Source: an uncultured Thermoleophilia bacterium (GTDB taxonomy: Bacteria; Actinomycetota; Thermoleophilia; UBA2241). From it: a DNA stretch of 64,000 bases. The position numbers and the translations under genes were made by a program. Position 1 is the stretch's first letter; each line of letters begins with the position of its first letter. This document shows positions 61,450 through 64,000 of this stretch, piece after piece. The DNA lies in NCBI GenBank assembly GCA_963790185.1, contig CAWBNR010000016.1, positions 1,528-65,527 on the forward strand. The letters run 5' to 3'. The notes under the pieces were generated by a model. It ran no database searches. It was given only the letters and a program-made list of their open reading frames with translations, and was not told where the DNA came from.

Positions 61450-64000
61450 CGGGCGCGAGCTTGGGCATCTCGGCCGGCGGCTCGGGACGCGCTGACGTCG
61501 GTGGTCATGTCGATGAACACCGGCGGGATCTCGGCCATGCGCGCGATGCGCGGGTCGAGGTCGGTCTTCGCCGAGAGGGCGTTGAAGAACGGCGTCGCCT
61601 TGAGCTCGGCAAGCTGCTCGCGAACGTCGGCCATGTCGTCGCCGCGCAGGAAGGCGTCCATGCTCCAGGCCGCCTTCTTGCCCTGGGCGACCGCCTGGAT
61701 CACGGTCTGCGCGCCGAGCACGCACGTCGCCGCCGGCGAAGACGCGCGGGTCGTCGGTCTGGAAGGTGAAGTCGTCGACCTGCGATGGTCCGCCACTTGG
61801 TGCGCTTGACGCCCTGCTCCTCGCTGGTGCCGTCGAGCTTGGGGTACTGGCCGATGGCGGTGATCACCTGGTCGCACTCGACGACGAACTCGCTGCCCTC
61901 GATCGGCACGGGCCGGCGACGGCCGGAGGCGTCGGGCTCGCCGAGCTCCATGCGCTGCATCTCGATGCCGGTGACCTTGTTGGCGGCGTCGGTGACGACG
62001 CGCACCGGGGCGCACGAGCAGCTCGAGCTTGACGCCCTCCTCCTCGGCCTCGTCGACCTCGGTGTGGTGGGCGGGCATCTCCTTGCGCGAGCGGCGGTAG
62101 AGGCAGGTGACCTCTTTGGCGCCCTTGCGCACCGAGGTGCGACAGGCGTCCATGGCGGTGAAGCCGCCGCCGATGACGGTGACCTTCTCGCCGACGTGCA
62201 CGTCGCCGGTGAGCTCGAGCTCGCCGAGGAAGTCGATCGCGGTGACGACGCCGTCGGCGTCCTCGCCGGGGATGCCCATCTCGTTGGAGTTGAAGGCGCC
62301 CAGGGCGAGGAAGACGGCGTCGAACTCCTGCGTCGAGGAGGTCCTCGAGCTGGAAGTCGACGCCGAGGCGCGCGTCGCACTGCAGCTCGACGCCCAGGCG
62401 CCAGAGCACGTTGAGCTCCTTCTCGATGAGGTCGCGCGGCAGGCGGTAGCTCGGGATGCCGTAGCGCAGCATGCCGCCCGGCTTGGGCAGGGCCTCGAAG
62501 ATCTTGACGGCGTGGCCCTCGAGTCGGGCGTAGAAGGCGCCGGCCAGACCGGCCGGGCCGCCGCCGACGATGGCGATGCGCTTGCCCGTGTCGGGCTTGG
62601 GCTCGACCGGCAGCAGCAGCTCGCCGGTCTGCTCGTCGTCGATGCACTGGTCGGCCATGAAGCGGTGCAGCCAGCAGATGGTGATCGGGTGCTCGACGAG
62701 CTGCCGGCGGCACGGACCCTCGCAGGGCCGCGGGCAGACGCGGCCGAGGATGCGCCGGGAAGGGCAGGTCCTCGCGCAGCTTGCGGACGCCGTTCTTGTA
62801 GTCCTGGTGGGCGATGTAGTCGAGGAACTGCGGGATCTTGATGTGCGTCGGGCAGGCGTCGCGGCAGGGCGGCGTGCAGAACGAGTTGTGGTCGCTGAGC
62901 AGCAGCTCGAGGTAGAGGTGGCGCATGGCGCGCACCTTCTCGGTGTTGGTGCGCACGACCATGCCGTCGGCGGCCGCCGTGGCGCAGCTCGGCACCATCT
63001 TGCGCGCGCCCTCGACCTCGACCACGCAGACGCGGCAGGCGGCCGTGGCCGGCAGGCGCGGCTCGTGGCACAGCGTCGGGATGTGGATGCCGACCCGCTG
63101 CGCCGCCTCGAGGATGGTCTCGCCGCGGTCGCAGACGACCTGCTGGTCGTCGATCGTCAGCGTGACCTGGTCGGGGCGCCGGGCCTGGCGTGCCCGATGT
63201 CGTCGACCGTCGTCGCCATGACCCGTCACACCTCCTGCCGTGGCGGCCTGGGCGATGCCCGAGCGCATCTTCACGGCGTCGAACTTGCAGACCTGGCGGC
63301 AGGTGTCGCACTTGATGCAGCCGGCGACGTCGATGACGTGGGGCTGCTTCTTCTCGCCGGTGATGACGTTGGTCGGGCACTTCTTGGCGCACAGCGTGCA
63401 GCCGGTGCAGGCCTCGGCGTCGATGTAGTAGGTGATGAGCGCCTTGCACTTGCCCGCCGGGCAGCGCTTCTCGTTGACGTGCGCCTCGTACTCGTCGCGG
63501 AAGTACTTGATCGTCGTGAGCACCGGGTTGGGCGCGGTGCCGCCCAGGGCGCACAGCGTGCCGTCGATGATGTAGTGCGAGAGCTCCTCGAGGGTCTCGA
63601 TGTCGCCCTCGCGGCCGTCGCCCTCGACGGATGCGGTCGAGGATCTCGAGCATGCGCTTGGTGCCGAGCCGGCAGGGGACGCACTTGCCGCAGCTCTCCT
63701 TCTGGGTGAAGTCGAGGAAGAAGCGCGCCAGGTCGACCATGCAGGTCTGGTCGTCGACGACGACCATGCCGCCGGAGCCGACGATGGCGCCGGTGGCGGC
63801 GAGGCTCTCGTAGTCGACCGGGGTGTCGAGCAGTCTGGCCGGCACGCAGCCGCCCGAGGGACCGCCGAGCTGCACGGCCTTGAACTCGCGGCCGTCCTTG
63901 ATGCCGCCGCCGACGTCGAAGATGATGTGGCGCAGGGTCGAGCCCATCGGCACCTCGACGAGGCCGCCGTTGACGAGCTTGCCGGCGAGCGAGAAGGCCT
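61446..64000 (-). CDS. fusion protein: NuoF-like (FMN/NADH, N3 cluster) + 2x[4Fe-4S] ferredoxin + [2Fe-2S] NuoG-N-like + GltD-like FAD/NAD(P) oxidoreductase; 5' end outside the window; many frameshifts
   Basis: Read from the 5' side: [19 protein letters not shown]...[10 protein letters not shown]...[16 protein letters not shown]; [12 protein letters not shown]...[11 protein letters not shown]; [11 protein letters not shown]...[23 protein letters not shown]; [19 protein letters not shown]...[14 protein letters not shown]...[12 protein letters not shown]...VFAGGDV. Confidence 0.7.
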   Translation of the reverse strand, partial: AFSLAGKLVNGGLVEVPMGSTLRHIIFDVGGGIKDGREFKAVQLGGPSGGCVPARLLDTPVDYESLAATGAIVGSGGMVVVDDQTCMVDLARFFLDFTQKESCGKCVPCRLGTKRMLEILDRIRRGRRPRGRHRDPRGALALHHRRHAVRPGRHRAQPGAHDDQVLPRRVRGARQREALPGGQVQGAHHLLHRRRGLHRLHAVRQEVPDQRHHRREEAAPRHRRRRLHQVRHLPPGLQVRRREDALGHRPGRHGRRCDGSWRRRSTTSGTPGPAPRPGHADDRRPAGRLRPRRDHPRGGAAGRHPHPDAVPRAAPAGHGRLPRLRGRGRGRAQDGAELRHGGRRRHGRAHQHREGARHAPPLPRAAAQRPQLVLHAALPRRLPDAHQDPAVPRLHRPPGLQERRPQAARGPALPGASSAASARGPARVRAAGSSSSTRSPSAGCTASWPTSASTTSRPASCCCRSSPSPTRASASPSSAAARPVWPAPSTPDSRATPSRSSRPCPSRAACCATASRATACRATSSRRSSTCSGAWASSCSATRASASTSSSRTSSTQEFDAVFLALGAFNSNEMGIPGEDADGVVTAIDFLGELELTGDVHVGEKVTVIGGGFTAMDACRTSVRKGAKEVTCLYRRSRKEMPAHHTEVDEAEEEGVKLELLVRPGARRHRRRQQGHRHRDAAHGARRARRLRPSPARADRGQRVRRRVRPGDHRHRPVPQARRHQRGAGRQAHQVADHRRSTTSPSRPTTRASSPAATCVLGAQTVIQAVAQGKKAAWSMDAFLRGDDMADVREQLAELKATPFFNALSAKTDLDPRIARMAEIPPVFIDMTTDVSASRAAGRDAQARAR

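Overview
This is a very GC-rich bacterial chromosome segment (roughly 70 percent by eye, not computed). Its gene content looks Actinomycetota-like: sortase/LPXTG, a STAND-type WD40 gene, a DUF5679 mini-protein, and TAGACT -10 boxes close to start codons.

Layout:
(i) 1-3.2 kb: a cNMP-binding protein, a transposase remnant, and an AbiE-like HTH plus nucleotidyltransferase gene pair with its own promoter and palindromic operator.
(ii) 3.1-16.7 kb: an accessory island bounded by tRNA-Arg(CCT) (16649-16724) and an imperfect 48-nt copy of that tRNA's 3' half (3138-3186). It carries CsbD and small membrane proteins, a DUF3494-LPXTG/sortase/RCC1 operon, an MtrA-like corrinoid protein plus methyltransferase, an integrase remnant, an intact IS982, a decayed IS256, gene fragments, and a 5'-truncated 14-blade WD40 gene.
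(iii) 16.9-31.7 kb: core genes, namely an XRE operon, glnA, nadE, aspartokinase, asd, trxB, trxA, a methyltransferase, ileS, a HAD phosphatase, GtrA and a DUF2029 protein. From 18.9 kb onward nearly every gene is broken by many small indels.
(iv) 31.7-53.6 kb: a large polysaccharide locus that is almost free of indels up to about 52.1 kb. It encodes a BY-kinase, Wzx, a Wzy-like protein, six glycosyltransferases, a DegT aminotransferase, two FemAB-like proteins, two AsnB-like proteins lacking the Cys nucleophile, and two alginate-lyase-like secreted proteins.
(v) 54-64 kb: a ymdB-like gene and nuoN-M-L-K-J, preceded by an unusual FeS protein and a NuoF-ferredoxin-GltD fusion. This block is again full of indels.

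I saw no rRNA gene and no CRISPR array. Coordinates of indel-broken genes are approximate. All homology calls come from reading the translated ORFs by eye, not from database searches.
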